Part shown: in pieces, positions 27,159-40,472 of the stretch
How the letters are laid out: the number at the start of each line of letters is the position of its first letter
How positions within the stretch are numbered: position 1 is the stretch's first letter
Notes under the pieces: model-generated
What the model saw: the letters and a program-made list of their open reading frames with translations, nothing else
The model's database searches: none
What the model was told of the DNA's origin: nothing
Translations under genes and position numbers: made by a program
Assembly (NCBI GenBank): GCA_963767005.1
Contig: CAVYCN010000002.1
Location: 320,001 to 384,000, forward strand
Length of the DNA stretch: 64,000 nucleotides
Origin: an uncultured Actinomycetes bacterium
Lineage (GTDB): Bacteria; Actinomycetota; Thermoleophilia; UBA2241
Reading direction: 5' to 3'

Positions 27159-27953
27159 ATGCGCGCAGGACTCCTCGGCGCCGGGCACATCGCACGGGCC
27201 CTTGCTGAGGGCTGGCACCGGCCGTCCCCCGATCTCAGCGCGCGGCCCGACCTCTTCGTCTACGATCCCCTCGACGAGCGCGCCGCGTCGCTCGCGGCCG
27301 CCTTCGAGGCGCGGGTCTGCGTCGCGCCCGCCGAGCTCGCCCGCGCTTGCGACGTCGTCGTCCTTGCCATGCGTCCGGCCGACGTGGCCGGCGGGCTCGC
27401 GGCCCTGAGGCCGGCGGTCGGGGAGACGGCGCTCGTCTCGGTCGCCGCCGCCGTGCCGCTCGCGACGCTGCTCGGCGGACTGCCGCCGGGCGCCCGTGTG
27501 GCACGCGTCATGCCCAACGTGGCCGCCGCGGTCGGACAGGGCGTCTTTCTGTTCGTACCGGGTACGCTCTCAGCGCGGCAGGCGGGCGAGGTCGCCGGCT
27601 TGTTCGCTCTGGCAGGGATGGTGGTCGAAGTGGCCGAGGAACAGTTCGACGCGGCGACCGCGGTCGCCGGCTGCGGCCCAGGCTTCACCGCGCTCTTCAT
27701 CGAAGCGCTGGCCAAGGCCGGCGCGGCGAGCGGGCTCGACGCGACGCTCGCCCGGCGCCTCGCGATCGGTGGCGTGGCCGGGGCGGCCGCTCTCTTGGCG
27801 CGCGACGGCGACCCGGTCGCGCTGCGCGAAGCGATCGCCACGCCGGGCGGCATGACGGCCGCGGGCGTCGAGGTGCTCGAGAGGAACGATCTGCGGGGGG
27901 CGCTCGGCGCGGCGGTCGCCGCGGCCGTAGCACACGCCAGGCGTACACCGTGA
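27159..27953 (+). CDS. proC: Pyrroline-5-carboxylate reductase
   Basis: GAGHIA, RVMPN, GCGPGF and TPGGMT motifs. Confidence 0.9.
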   Translation: MRAGLLGAGHIARALAEGWHRPSPDLSARPDLFVYDPLDERAASLAAAFEARVCVAPAELARACDVVVLAMRPADVAGGLAALRPAVGETALVSVAAAVPLATLLGGLPPGARVARVMPNVAAAVGQGVFLFVPGTLSARQAGEVAGLFALAGMVVEVAEEQFDAATAVAGCGPGFTALFIEALAKAGAASGLDATLARRLAIGGVAGAAALLARDGDPVALREAIATPGGMTAAGVEVLERNDLRGALGAAVAAAVAHARRTP

Positions 27954-28231
27954 GCTTCCTGGCGAGCGTCGTCAACCTGGCCTTCGAGCTCTACTGGCTC
28001 GCCATCATCGGACGCATCCTGCTGAGCTGGGTGCCGCTGCGGTCCGGCACGTTCGCCTACCGCGTGTACAGTATCCTGTACGATGCGACCGAGCCGTATC
28101 TGCGGCTCTTCCGTCGGTATCTGCCCACGATACGGTTCGGCAACGCCGCCCTCGATCTGAGTCCGCTGGTCGGCCTCGTGGTCCTGGTCGTCGTGAACCA
28201 GATCGTCGTTCGTCTGATCGCTCGGCTCTAG
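27950..28231 (+). CDS. yggT: YggT family membrane protein
   Basis: LLSWV..TEPYL..DLSP; GTGA overlap with proC. Confidence 0.9.
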   Translation: MSFLASVVNLAFELYWLAIIGRILLSWVPLRSGTFAYRVYSILYDATEPYLRLFRRYLPTIRFGNAALDLSPLVGLVVLVVVNQIVVRLIARL

Positions 28232-28254
28232 ACCGCGCCAAGACTGGAGGCCCG

Positions 28255-29139
28255 ATGAAGCTCACTCCGCTCGACATCCGGCACAAGGAGTTCAAGCGCG
28301 GCATGCGCGGCTACGTCGACGGCGAGGTCGACGAGTTCCTCGACGAGGTCGCCGACGAGTTCGAGCGGCTCTTCAAGGAGAACATCGAGCTGTCCGAGCG
28401 CGGGGAGAGCCTCCAGGAGAAGCTCGACCAGTACCGCAACCTCGAAGAGACGCTGCAGAACACGCTGGTCGCGGCCCAGCGCAGCGCCGAGGAGCTCAAG
28501 GCCAACGCGCAGAAGGAGGCTCAGCTCATGCTGAGCGAGGCCGAGCTCAAGGCGCGCGAGATGGTCAACCAGTCCTACGCCGACAAGCAGACAGTCGAGA
28601 AGCAGATCGTCGTGCTGAAGGCCGCCGAAGAGGACTTCCGCTTCAAGTTCCGCTCACTGCTCGAAGGCTATGCCAAGCAGCTCACCGAGGCCGACGCGGC
28701 CACGAAGAAGGCCGAGCAGTTCGCCGGTCACGGCGAGCAGATCAGAGACGCCATGGCGCGTGACGCGGCGGCGCGCCCGGTGCCGGGCGCGGGTGCGCCA
28801 TCCCCGGGACCGGGCGCTCCCGTGCCGCCGCCCGCGCGGCCCGCCGGCGCCGGCGAGCCGCCGTTCAGGCCGGCCGTGCCGCCGGCCGAGCGTCCCACGG
28901 CGCCCGGGGCGGCCGCGACCGCGCCGCTCGGCGCCGAGCGCGACGGCGCCGCCGGTCCCACCGCCGCGGATGGCGAGAACGGCGCGACCGGCGTGGAGTC
29001 GGGCAAGGTCGCCGTGCCGCCCGCCGAGCGTCCCGGGCCGGCCGCCGCGGGTCAGCCGCGCGCGCCGTTCCTCGGCGATGCCGACGATCTCCTGTCCGAC
29101 GTCGACGGTGAGATCGACGAGAACGCCTTCAAGTGGTGA
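28255..29139 (+). CDS. divIVA: DivIVA/Wag31 family protein
   Basis: LTPLDI..KEF....RGY...EVDEFLD; coiled coil; Pro/Ala-rich tail. Confidence 0.93.
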   Translation: MKLTPLDIRHKEFKRGMRGYVDGEVDEFLDEVADEFERLFKENIELSERGESLQEKLDQYRNLEETLQNTLVAAQRSAEELKANAQKEAQLMLSEAELKAREMVNQSYADKQTVEKQIVVLKAAEEDFRFKFRSLLEGYAKQLTEADAATKKAEQFAGHGEQIRDAMARDAAARPVPGAGAPSPGPGAPVPPPARPAGAGEPPFRPAVPPAERPTAPGAAATAPLGAERDGAAGPTAADGENGATGVESGKVAVPPAERPGPAAAGQPRAPFLGDADDLLSDVDGEIDENAFKW

Positions 29140-29443
29140 CGGCGCGCCGCTGCGCGCCGCGAGCGACGGTCTGCGGCTCGCCGTCTGGGCTTCGCCCGGC
29201 CGGCGACGCTCGGCCTTGGCCGGCGTCGCCGACGGGCGCCTGCGCGTGCAGGTAGCGGCCCCGGCCGTCGACGGACGTGCCAACCGCGAGCTCCTGCGTT
29301 TCCTCGCCGGCGAGCTCGGCGTGGCGCCGAGCACCCTGGCGCTGGTGGCCGGCGAGAGCGGGCGACGCAAGACGATCGCGATCGCCGGCCTCGACCTGGT
29401 GACGGCTGCCGCGCGGCTGGGCCTCGGCGGAGACGAGCGGTGA
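29108..29443 (+). CDS. DUF167/YggU family protein (start uncertain)
   Basis: V.APAVDGRANRELLRFLA..LG..GESGRRK. Nearest in-frame canonical starts (GTG 29108, ATG 29078) lie inside divIVA. Confidence 0.8.
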   Translation: MRSTRTPSSGDGAPLRAASDGLRLAVWASPGRRRSALAGVADGRLRVQVAAPAVDGRANRELLRFLAGELGVAPSTLALVAGESGRRKTIAIAGLDLVTAAARLGLGGDER

Positions 29444-29919
29444 CCGGCTCGTCCGGGGCGGCGCTGCGCGGCGTCCGGCTGCGCGCCAGTGTCCTCGCCC
29501 TCGTGGTCCTCGGCGCCGACCAGCTCGCCGGCTGGCTCGTGCGCCACGAGGCGGCCCACCTGCCGTGGACGTTGGGTCGCGAGCTTGGCGTGCGGGTGGC
29601 GCACAACACCGGCATCTCGTTCAGTCGCCTGTCGGACAGCGGGGATTGGCTACGCTGGGTCATCGGCGCCGTCTGCGTCGCCCTGGCCGTTGCCCTCTGG
29701 CGCGCTCCGGCGCGTTTCGCCGTGCCCCTGGCGCTCGTGCTCGGAGGCGCGGCCGGCAACCTCGTCGACCGTCTGCGTTTCGGTTACGTCCTCGACTACG
29801 TCGGCATCGGCTCCTGGCCGACGTTCAACGTCGGCGACGTCGCGATCGCCGTCGGCGCCGCGCTCATCGCGCTCGCCGTGCTCTTCCCGGCGGGCGCCGG
29901 CGTGCGCCCTGAGGAGTGA
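29440..29919 (+). CDS. lspA: Lipoprotein signal peptidase II
   Basis: NTGISF, GNLVDR, VLDY and FNVGD motifs. Confidence 0.92.
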   Translation: MTGSSGAALRGVRLRASVLALVVLGADQLAGWLVRHEAAHLPWTLGRELGVRVAHNTGISFSRLSDSGDWLRWVIGAVCVALAVALWRAPARFAVPLALVLGGAAGNLVDRLRFGYVLDYVGIGSWPTFNVGDVAIAVGAALIALAVLFPAGAGVRPEE

Positions 29920-29926
29920 GGCCGTC

Positions 29927-30838
29927 GTGCCCGGCTTCGTGCCGAGCGGCGACGAGCTCGGCGTGCGCCTCGACGCGGCGCTCGCTCGTCGCCTCGACAC
30001 GAGTCGAGCCGCCGCCCAGCGTCTGATCGAGTCGGGCGCCGTCACCGTGGCCGGCCGGCCGGCCGGCAAGAGCCACGTGCTGCGCGCCGGCGACGAGGTG
30101 GCCTACGAGGCCCCTCGGCCGGCCGCGACGAAGCTCACCGCCGAGGCCGTGCCGTACCGCCTGGTCTACGAGGACGACGACCTGCTCGTCGTCGACAAGC
30201 CGGCCGGCGTCGTCGTGCATCCCGCGCCGGGCCACGAGCACGGCACCCTCGTGCAGGGGTTGCTCGCGCGCGGCATCGCCGGCGGGCACGAGTCGCGCCC
30301 CGGCGTGGTCCACCGCCTCGACCGCGACACGTCGGGCCTTCTGATCGTGGCCCGTACCACCGTCGCGCACCGGCGCCTGGTCGAGCAGATGGCGCGCCGC
30401 GAGATCACCCGGCGCTACGTGGCCCTCGTGGTGGGCGACCTGCCGCACGACGCCGCCACAATCGACGCGCCGCTCGGCCGCCACGTGCGCGATCGCAAGC
30501 GGATCTCGGTGCACACGACGCGGCCGCGACGGGCCGTCACCCATGTCGCAGTGCGCCGGCGCCTCCCGGGCTACACCCTGCTCGACGTGCGGCTCGAGAC
30601 GGGGCGCACGCACCAGATCAGGGTGCATCTCGCGGCGCTCGGCCACGCCGTGGCGGGGGACACCGTATACGGGGCGCGCCAGCGGCCGCCGGGTCTTGAC
30701 CGCCAGTTCCTGCACGCCGCGCACCTCGAGCTGCGGCACCCCACGAGCGGCGCGGCGCTCGCCTTCGACGCGCCGCTGCCCGACGACCTGGCCGGGTTCC
30801 TGACGGCTCTCGAAGCGGCCGCTGCCCCGACCCCCTAG
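29927..30838 (+). CDS. rluD: RluA/RluD family 23S rRNA pseudouridine synthase
   Basis: S4 domain; DKPAG, VHRLDRDTSG and TGRTHQIRVH motifs. Confidence 0.92.
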   Translation: MPGFVPSGDELGVRLDAALARRLDTSRAAAQRLIESGAVTVAGRPAGKSHVLRAGDEVAYEAPRPAATKLTAEAVPYRLVYEDDDLLVVDKPAGVVVHPAPGHEHGTLVQGLLARGIAGGHESRPGVVHRLDRDTSGLLIVARTTVAHRRLVEQMARREITRRYVALVVGDLPHDAATIDAPLGRHVRDRKRISVHTTRPRRAVTHVAVRRRLPGYTLLDVRLETGRTHQIRVHLAALGHAVAGDTVYGARQRPPGLDRQFLHAAHLELRHPTSGAALAFDAPLPDDLAGFLTALEAAAAPTP

Positions 30839-30864
30839 CCGCCGCGGGCCGCCGGCCGCGGGCC

Positions 30865-30893
30865 TTGACCGCGCCGCCGCGCCGGTCTAGAGT
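30865..30893 (+). promoter_or_regulatory. Promoter of pyr operon
   Basis: TTGACC-17 nt-TAGAGT. Confidence 0.7.
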
Positions 30894-30901
30894 CGTGAAA
30901 A

Positions 30902-30933
30902 CCTTTAAGTCCAGGTCCGAGAGACCGGAAAGG
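30902..30933 (+). promoter_or_regulatory. PyrR-binding RNA element
   Basis: CCTTTAAGTCCAGGTCCGAGAGACCGGAAAGG resembles the PyrR loop (CCUUUAA..GUCC.GAGAG..AAAGG); lies upstream of pyrR. Confidence 0.85.
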
Positions 30934-30964
30934 GGTGCTTCATGACGCACCGTGCCAGCAGGTC

Positions 30965-30993
30965 CGCCGCCCACTCCGGGGCGGTGTTTTTTT
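30965..30993 (+). terminator. pyr attenuator terminator
   Basis: CGCCGCCC..GGGCGGTG followed by 7 T. Confidence 0.8.
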
Positions 30994-31572
30994 ATGTCTG
31001 AACGCGGCGACAGGGTCGTTATGACCGGCGAGCAGCTCGGCCGCACGGTCACCCGCATGGCCCACGAGATCCTCGAGAAGAACTCCGGCCAGGAGCGCCT
31101 TGCGGTGGTCGGTATCCACACGCGCGGCGCCTACCTGGCGCGCCGCCTGCACGCGATCCTGTCGGACATCGCGGGGCGTGAGCTGCCGCTCGGCGACCTC
31201 GACATCTCCTTCTATCGCGACGACGTCGCGGCGCGCGGCGCCTGGGGAGTGGTGCCGGCGACGCCCAACCCGGTCGTCAAGAGCAGCGACCTCGCTTTCG
31301 AGGTCGACGGCGCTACGGTGGTGCTCGTCGACGACGTGCTCTACACCGGACGCACGATCAAGGCCGCGATCGACGCCCTGTTCGACTACGGCCGGCCGTC
31401 TCGCGTGCAGCTCGCCGTCCTCGTCGACCGCGGTCATCGCGAGCTGCCGATCAGGCCCGACTACATCGGCAAGAACCTGCCGACGGCGCGCAACGAGCGC
31501 ATCGCCGTGCACCTCTCCGAGGTCGACGGCTCAGACGAGGTCGTGCTCGAGAGCCCGGCCGGGGAGGAATGA
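30994..31572 (+). CDS. pyrR: Pyrimidine operon regulator / UPRTase PyrR
   Basis: GIHTRG, LDISFYRDD, LVDDVLYTGRT and DRGHRELPI motifs; alternative start ATG 31021. Confidence 0.96.
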   Translation: MSERGDRVVMTGEQLGRTVTRMAHEILEKNSGQERLAVVGIHTRGAYLARRLHAILSDIAGRELPLGDLDISFYRDDVAARGAWGVVPATPNPVVKSSDLAFEVDGATVVLVDDVLYTGRTIKAAIDALFDYGRPSRVQLAVLVDRGHRELPIRPDYIGKNLPTARNERIAVHLSEVDGSDEVVLESPAGEE

Positions 31573-31573
31573 C

Positions 31574-32518
31574 ATGGCCAAGCGTGACCTGCTGTCGATC
31601 GACGATCTGACCCGCTCCGAGGCCGAGCTCATCCTCGAGACGGCCGAGAGCTTCCTGCCCGTGCTGCAACGCGACATCAAGAAGGTGCCGACGCTGCGCG
31701 GTCGCACGATCATCAACATGTTCTACGAATCCTCGACCCGCACGCTGACGAGCTTCGAGCTCGCCGCCAAGCGCCTGTCGGCCGACACCATGAACGTGCG
31801 CGCCGCGGGCTCGGCGGTCGACAAGGGCGAGTCGCTCAAGGACACCATCCTCACGCTGTCGGCCTACCAGCCCGACATCATCGTCATGCGGCACCCCCAG
31901 ATCGGCGCCTGCCGTCTCGCCTCGCGATACACGGGGGCGAGCGTGGTGAACGCCGGCGACGGCAAGTTCCAGCACCCCTCGCAGTGCCTGCTCGACCTCT
32001 TCACCATGCGCCAGGCGCTCGGCCGCGACCTCGACGGCATGAAGGTCTGGATCGTGGGCGACATCCTGCACAGCCGCGTGGCGCGCTCCGACATCGCCGG
32101 CTTCCAGCTCCTCGGCATGGACGTGACCGTCGCCGGCCCGCCGTCGCTCATCCCGCGCGACGCCGAGGCCCTGGGCGTGAAGGTCGAGTACACGCTCGAC
32201 CGCCTCGCCGAGGCCGACGTGATCTACCTGCTGCGCATGCAGATGGAGCGCATGCAGGAGGGCGCCAACTTCATCCCCTCGCTGCGCGAGTACTCGGCGC
32301 TCTACGGCATGACGCTCGAGCGCCTGCGCCCCGGCCAGAAGGTCATGCACCCCGGTCCGATCAACCGCGGCGTCGAGATCAGCCCGGCGATCGCCGACCA
32401 CCCCGACACGCTGATCCTCGAGCAGGTCGAGAGCGGCCTCGCCGTGCGCATGGCGATCCTCTACCGCACGATCGCCGGATACGACGAACGGCCCGCCCAC
32501 GAAAGGGGTGCGGCATGA
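31574..32518 (+). CDS. pyrB: Aspartate carbamoyltransferase catalytic subunit
   Basis: FYESSTRT, NAGDG.HPSQ and MHPGP motifs. Confidence 0.97.
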   Translation: MAKRDLLSIDDLTRSEAELILETAESFLPVLQRDIKKVPTLRGRTIINMFYESSTRTLTSFELAAKRLSADTMNVRAAGSAVDKGESLKDTILTLSAYQPDIIVMRHPQIGACRLASRYTGASVVNAGDGKFQHPSQCLLDLFTMRQALGRDLDGMKVWIVGDILHSRVARSDIAGFQLLGMDVTVAGPPSLIPRDAEALGVKVEYTLDRLAEADVIYLLRMQMERMQEGANFIPSLREYSALYGMTLERLRPGQKVMHPGPINRGVEISPAIADHPDTLILEQVESGLAVRMAILYRTIAGYDERPAHERGAA

Positions 32519-33834
32519 CCGTGCAGACGTGGAGCAAGGCAGGCGCGGGCGCCGAGCTGCTCGTGCGCGGCGCGCGCGTCGTCGACCCGCAGGCGGGGCT
32601 CGACCAGACGGTGGACGTGCTCGTCCGCAAGGGCCGGATCGCCGAGATCGGCGAGGGGCTCGCGGCGCCGGCCAAGGTGCGCGTGGTCGAGGGCGATGGC
32701 GCGCTGCTGCTGCCGGGCTTCGTCGACCTGCACGCCCACCTGCGCACGCCGGGGCGCGAGGACGAAGAGGACATCGTGAGCGGCACGGCCGCGGCCGCGG
32801 CCGGCGGCTACGTGACGATCTTCGCCATGGCCAACACCGACCCCGTGGTCGACACGGCACCCGTGCTCGAGGGGCTGGCGCGCCAGGCGGCCGCCGTGGC
32901 GAGCGTACCGGTCGGCTTCTTCGCCGCCATGAGCAAGGGCCTCGCCGGCAAGCAGCTCACCGAGATGCACGAGCTCGCCGCGGCCGGCGCCGTCGGCTTC
33001 AGCGACGACGGCCGTCCGCCGGCGAGCGCCTTGCTGCTGCGCCGCGCGCTGCAGTACGCCAAGGTCACCGACCGCTTCGTCGCCGTCCACGCCCAGGACG
33101 ACTCGCTCATGGGCACGGGCGTCATGCACGAGGGCGCCGTGTCGGCCAAGCTCGGCCTGGGCGGCATCCCTGCCATCGCCGAGAGCGCCGACGTGGCGCG
33201 CGCCCTCGAGGTCGCGCGCTACGAGAGCGGCCGCCTCCACCTCTGCCACCTGAGCACGGCGCTGTCGCTCGAGCACCTGGCCCGCGGCCGCGAGCTCGGT
33301 GTGCCGGTGACGGCCGAAGCCACGCCGCATCACCTCACGCTGACCGACGACGCCGTGGTGAGCCTCGACTCCAACCTCAAGATGAACCCGCCGCTGCGGC
33401 CCGAGGCCGATCGCAAGGCGCTCGTCGAGGCCCTGCGCGACGGCCTCATCGACTGCGTGGCCACCGACCACGCGCCGCACGCGCAGCAGGAGAAGGAGGT
33501 CCCCTTCGAGGCCGCACCGTTCGGCACGACGGGGCTCGAGACGGCCTTCGCCGCGCTCTACAGCGGTCTCGTGCTGACCGGCGAGCTGCCGCTCCCGGTC
33601 CTCGTGACCCGTATGAGCCAGGCGCCGGCCACGCTCGCGGGCCTGCCCGCTCCGACGATCGCGGCGGGTGTGCCGGCCGATCTGTGCCTGGTCGACGTCA
33701 CGACGCCCTGGACGGTCGCGGCGACCGACCTGCACTCGCGGTCGGCCAACTCCGCCTGGCTCGGACGTACCGTCAAGGGACGCGTCAGACTCACCGTCGC
33801 CGCAGGCCGCGTCGCCTACGACGACCGTGCCTAG
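32515..33834 (+). CDS. pyrC: Dihydroorotase
   Basis: DLHAHLR, KMNPPLR and ATDHAPH motifs. Confidence 0.96.
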   Translation: MTVQTWSKAGAGAELLVRGARVVDPQAGLDQTVDVLVRKGRIAEIGEGLAAPAKVRVVEGDGALLLPGFVDLHAHLRTPGREDEEDIVSGTAAAAAGGYVTIFAMANTDPVVDTAPVLEGLARQAAAVASVPVGFFAAMSKGLAGKQLTEMHELAAAGAVGFSDDGRPPASALLLRRALQYAKVTDRFVAVHAQDDSLMGTGVMHEGAVSAKLGLGGIPAIAESADVARALEVARYESGRLHLCHLSTALSLEHLARGRELGVPVTAEATPHHLTLTDDAVVSLDSNLKMNPPLRPEADRKALVEALRDGLIDCVATDHAPHAQQEKEVPFEAAPFGTTGLETAFAALYSGLVLTGELPLPVLVTRMSQAPATLAGLPAPTIAAGVPADLCLVDVTTPWTVAATDLHSRSANSAWLGRTVKGRVRLTVAAGRVAYDDRA

Positions 33835-34972
33835 CCCGGCCCTCGTCGTCCTCGAAGACGGCGCCGCCTTTCGCGGCGAGGCGATGGTCGGGTCGGGGAC
33901 GGTCGGTGGTGAGATCGTCTTCAACACGGCGATGACGGGCTACCAGGAGATCGCGACCGACCCGTCGTACTGCGGCCAGATCGTGACGTACACGTTCCCG
34001 TTGAACGGCGACTACGGCGCCGACCCGGCGCGCGACGAGTCCGACCGGGCGCACGCGCGCGCCATCGTCGCCCGCGAGCTCGTGAACTACGCCTTCAACC
34101 GGGCATCGAGCACGAGCTGGCTCGACTGGTTGAGCGCCCACGGTGTGCTCGCCGTGAGCGGCGTCGACACCCGCGCGCTCACGCGCCACATCCGCAGCCG
34201 CGGCGCGTTGCGCGCGGTGGTGTCGACCGACGATCCCGACGTCGGCTCGCTGCGCAAGCGCGCGCAGCGGCTGCCACGCATGGCGGGGCTCGACCTCGCG
34301 AGCGCCGTCACGCGGGCACAGCCGGCCGAGAGCCCGACGACCGCCGAGCCGGCCGACGGCGGGCCGCCGCTGCACGTGGTCGCGCTCGACTTCGGCATCA
34401 AGCGCTCGATCGTCGGCTACCTCGCGGCGGCCGGGTGCCGCACGACCGTCGTGCCGGCGGGCACGGCCGCGCGCGACATCCTCAGGCTCGCGCCCGACGG
34501 CGTCTTTCTGTCGAACGGTCCGGGCGACCCGGCGGCCGTCGGCTACGCCGTGAAGACCGTCCAGAAGCTGCTCGGCCAGACGCCGCTGTTCGGCATCTGC
34601 CTGGGACACCAGCTCCTCGCTCTGGCGCTCGGCATGCCCACCTACAAGCTCAAGTTCGGTCATCGCGGCGCCAACCACCCGGTGAAGGAGCTCGGCACGG
34701 GCGCGATCGAGATCACGACGCAGAACCACGGCTTCGCGGTGCGCGACGAGCCCTCGTCGAAGCGTGACGCGACCGTGCGGGTCACCCACGTGAACCTGAA
34801 CGACGGCACGGTCGAGGGCGTCGCCGCGCCCGAGCGCTACGCCTTCTCCGTGCAGTACCACCCCGAATCGACGCCGGGACCGCACGACTCCCTGCACCTG
34901 TTCGGGCGCTTCGTGGCCGAGATGCGGCGCTTCGCCGCAGAGCGTGCGCCGGCCGTGGCGGAGGTGCGCTAG
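33827..34972 (+). CDS. carA: Carbamoyl-phosphate synthase small subunit
   Basis: [24 protein letters not shown] and QYHPE motifs. Confidence 0.96.
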   Translation: MPSPALVVLEDGAAFRGEAMVGSGTVGGEIVFNTAMTGYQEIATDPSYCGQIVTYTFPLNGDYGADPARDESDRAHARAIVARELVNYAFNRASSTSWLDWLSAHGVLAVSGVDTRALTRHIRSRGALRAVVSTDDPDVGSLRKRAQRLPRMAGLDLASAVTRAQPAESPTTAEPADGGPPLHVVALDFGIKRSIVGYLAAAGCRTTVVPAGTAARDILRLAPDGVFLSNGPGDPAAVGYAVKTVQKLLGQTPLFGICLGHQLLALALGMPTYKLKFGHRGANHPVKELGTGAIEITTQNHGFAVRDEPSSKRDATVRVTHVNLNDGTVEGVAAPERYAFSVQYHPESTPGPHDSLHLFGRFVAEMRRFAAERAPAVAEVR

Positions 34973-34974
34973 CT

Positions 34975-38180
<3,206 letters not shown>

Positions 38181-38184
<4 letters not shown>

Positions 38185-38990
38185 GCGCGGCCGCGGCCTT
38201 CGGCGTCGAGAGCTGCGCCGCCGCGACGAGCGGCCGCTACCGCGTCGTCGAGCGACGCTCGTTCGGGCGCTACGCGCTGCTCACGGTGCTCGCCCCCAAC
38301 GTGGCCGCGGCGGCGCGTCCCGGTCAGTTCGTTATGGCGGCGGTGCCGGGCGGCGCGTTCCACCTGCGCCGGCCGCTCTCGATCCATTCCGTGCAGGGCG
38401 ACCGCCTGCGTCTGCTCGTCGAGCCCCGCGGCGAGGGCACGCTCGAGATCGCCAGCGCCGGCGTGGCCGACACGCTCGCCCTGGCCGGGCCACTGGGCAA
38501 CGGGTTCCCGCTCGACGACGTGACCGAGGCGCTGCTCGTGGGCGGCGGCATCGGCGCGGCACCGCTGCAGTCCGTGGCCGACGCCCTGCGGGCCCGCGGC
38601 GTGCCTACGACCGCCGCCTTCGGGTTCCGCGACGCCGAGCAGGCGCGGCTGGCGGGCGCCTTCGAGATCGCCGATCTCTGGGTCGCGACCGACGACGGCA
38701 GCGTCGGCCGGCGGGCGACCGCCGTCGAGCTTGCGGCCGAGGTCGGGGCGGGACCGCAGGCGACCGTGCTCGCCTGCGGTCCCGCCCCGATGCTCGCCGC
38801 CGTGCGCGCCTGGGCCGCCGCGGCCGGCCGCCCGGGCTTCGCCTCGCTCGAGGCGCACATGGCCTGCGGCACGGGTGCGTGTCACGGGTGCGTGGTGGCC
38901 ACGACCGAGGGGTACCTGCGAGTCTGCGTCGAGGGCCCGGTGTTCCCCTTCGATCTGCTGGCCGACGGTCCCGCCGAGGTGGCGCCGTGA
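38181..38990 (+). CDS. pyrK: Dihydroorotate dehydrogenase electron transfer subunit
   Basis: RRPLS, GPLGNGF, GGGIG and [12 protein letters not shown] (2Fe-2S) motifs. Confidence 0.93.
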
Positions 38991-39039
38991 ACCGCCGACG
39001 TCGCGGCCGTGCCGGCACGCCCGGCCAGAAGGAGGATCC

Positions 39040-40008
39040 GTGAGCGGCGAGGCCATCGGCCCCGACCTGCGCGTCGACCTGGCGGGGCTGGCGCTCGCCC
39101 ACCCCGTGATCAACGCCTCGGGCACCTTCGATGCGCTCGAGACGGCCCGGCGGTTCGGCCCGGCGGCGCTCGAGCCGTTCCCCTTCGCGGCCTACGTCCC
39201 CAAGACCGTCACACTCGAGCCGCGCCCCGGTAACCCGCCGCCGCGGGTCACCGAGACGGCGGCCGGCATGATCAACGCGGTCGGTCTGCAGAACCCCGGC
39301 CTCGAAGCGTGGCTCGCCGACCTGCCGCTGCTCTCAGCCGTGCCGGTGCCGGTCATCGTCAACATCGGCGGCCGGCGCCCCGACGACTACCTCGAGGTGC
39401 TGCGTCGCGTCGAGGCGCGACTCGACGAGGGCGCCGCCGGACTGCCCGACGTCGTCGGGTACGAGCTCAACGTCTCGTGCCCCAACGTGGGGAGGGGCGG
39501 CCTTGCGATCGGCACCGAGGCGGTCGAGACCGCTCGCCTCACGGCGGCCGCGCGGGCGCTCACCCGCCGGCTCGTCATCGTCAAGCTGACGCCCAACGTC
39601 ACCGACGTCGTGGCGATCGCCCGGGCGGCGGCCGAGTCGGGGGCCGACGCGGTCTCCCTGGTCAACACGCTGAAGGGTCTCGTGCTCGACCCGGCTACGC
39701 TGCGGCCGTTCCTGGGCAACCGCACCGGCGGGGTGTCGGGCCCGGCGATCAAGCCGGTCGCCCTGCGCATGGTGTACGAGGTCGCCGAGGCTGTCGAGGT
39801 CGCCGTGGTCGGCATGGGCGGCGTGACGAGCGGCCGCGACGTGCTCGAGTTCATCGCCTGCGGTGCCACGGCCGTCGCGGTCGGCGCGGCGACGTTCGCC
39901 GACCCCGAGGCGCCGCGGCGTGTGGTCGCCGAGCTCGCCGCCGAGCTGCGCGCGCGCGGCGTGCGCAGCCCGGCGGCGTTGCGCGGGGCGGCCCTCGAAG
40001 GCTCGTAG
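39040..40008 (+). CDS. pyrD: Dihydroorotate dehydrogenase family 1B catalytic subunit
   Basis: ASGT, GNPPPR, NVSCPN, KLTPN and GGVSGPAIKP motifs; SD AGGAGG. Confidence 0.95.
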   Translation: MSGEAIGPDLRVDLAGLALAHPVINASGTFDALETARRFGPAALEPFPFAAYVPKTVTLEPRPGNPPPRVTETAAGMINAVGLQNPGLEAWLADLPLLSAVPVPVIVNIGGRRPDDYLEVLRRVEARLDEGAAGLPDVVGYELNVSCPNVGRGGLAIGTEAVETARLTAAARALTRRLVIVKLTPNVTDVVAIARAAAESGADAVSLVNTLKGLVLDPATLRPFLGNRTGGVSGPAIKPVALRMVYEVAEAVEVAVVGMGGVTSGRDVLEFIACGATAVAVGAATFADPEAPRRVVAELAAELRARGVRSPAALRGAALEGS

Positions 40009-40016
40009 CGGCGAGC

Positions 40017-40073
40017 GGGCGAGACGGGGCGGCGACAGCCGCCGCCCAGATTCTGCCGCACCGTCGCCCTTTT
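40017..40073 (+). terminator. Putative terminator after pyrD
   Basis: Nested hairpin GGGCGGCG/CGCCGCCC with outer arms, ending in TTTT. Confidence 0.45.
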
Positions 40074-40128
40074 GGGCGGCGCCGGCGGCTTGAACCGGCC
40101 CGGGCGGTTCCCCTATACTGGCGGGCAC

Positions 40129-40461
40129 ATGAGCACGCCCGCCAAACAGCTCAACATCGCACCAGCCCGCTCACTCGACCAGCGCATGGACGCGCTGCGG
40201 CGCGCCAACCAGGTGCGCAGCGACCGCGCTCGCCTCAAGGTCGACCTCAAGCGCGGCACGGTGACGATCGCCTCGGTGCTGCGCGAGCCGCCCGGCTACC
40301 TGCTCACCGCCAAGGTCATCGACGTCCTCATGGCCGCGCCCAAGTGCGGCAGAGTCAAGTCGGCGCGCATCATGGACCAGTGCCGCGTCAGCCCGAGCAA
40401 GACCGTGGGCGGCCTCTCCGACCGCCAGCGCACCGAGCTGCTGCGCTTCTTCGGGAGCTGA
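40129..40461 (+). CDS. mihF: Actinobacterial integration host factor (mIHF)
   Basis: R..RA.LK..LK.G..KV..L...P..G.VK...IM....S..K.VGGL..RQR. Promoter TTGAAC-18-TATACT (40090-40119). mihF-gmk-rpoZ synteny. Confidence 0.9.
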   Translation: MSTPAKQLNIAPARSLDQRMDALRRANQVRSDRARLKVDLKRGTVTIASVLREPPGYLLTAKVIDVLMAAPKCGRVKSARIMDQCRVSPSKTVGGLSDRQRTELLRFFGS

Positions 40462-40472
40462 CCATCCCCGCG

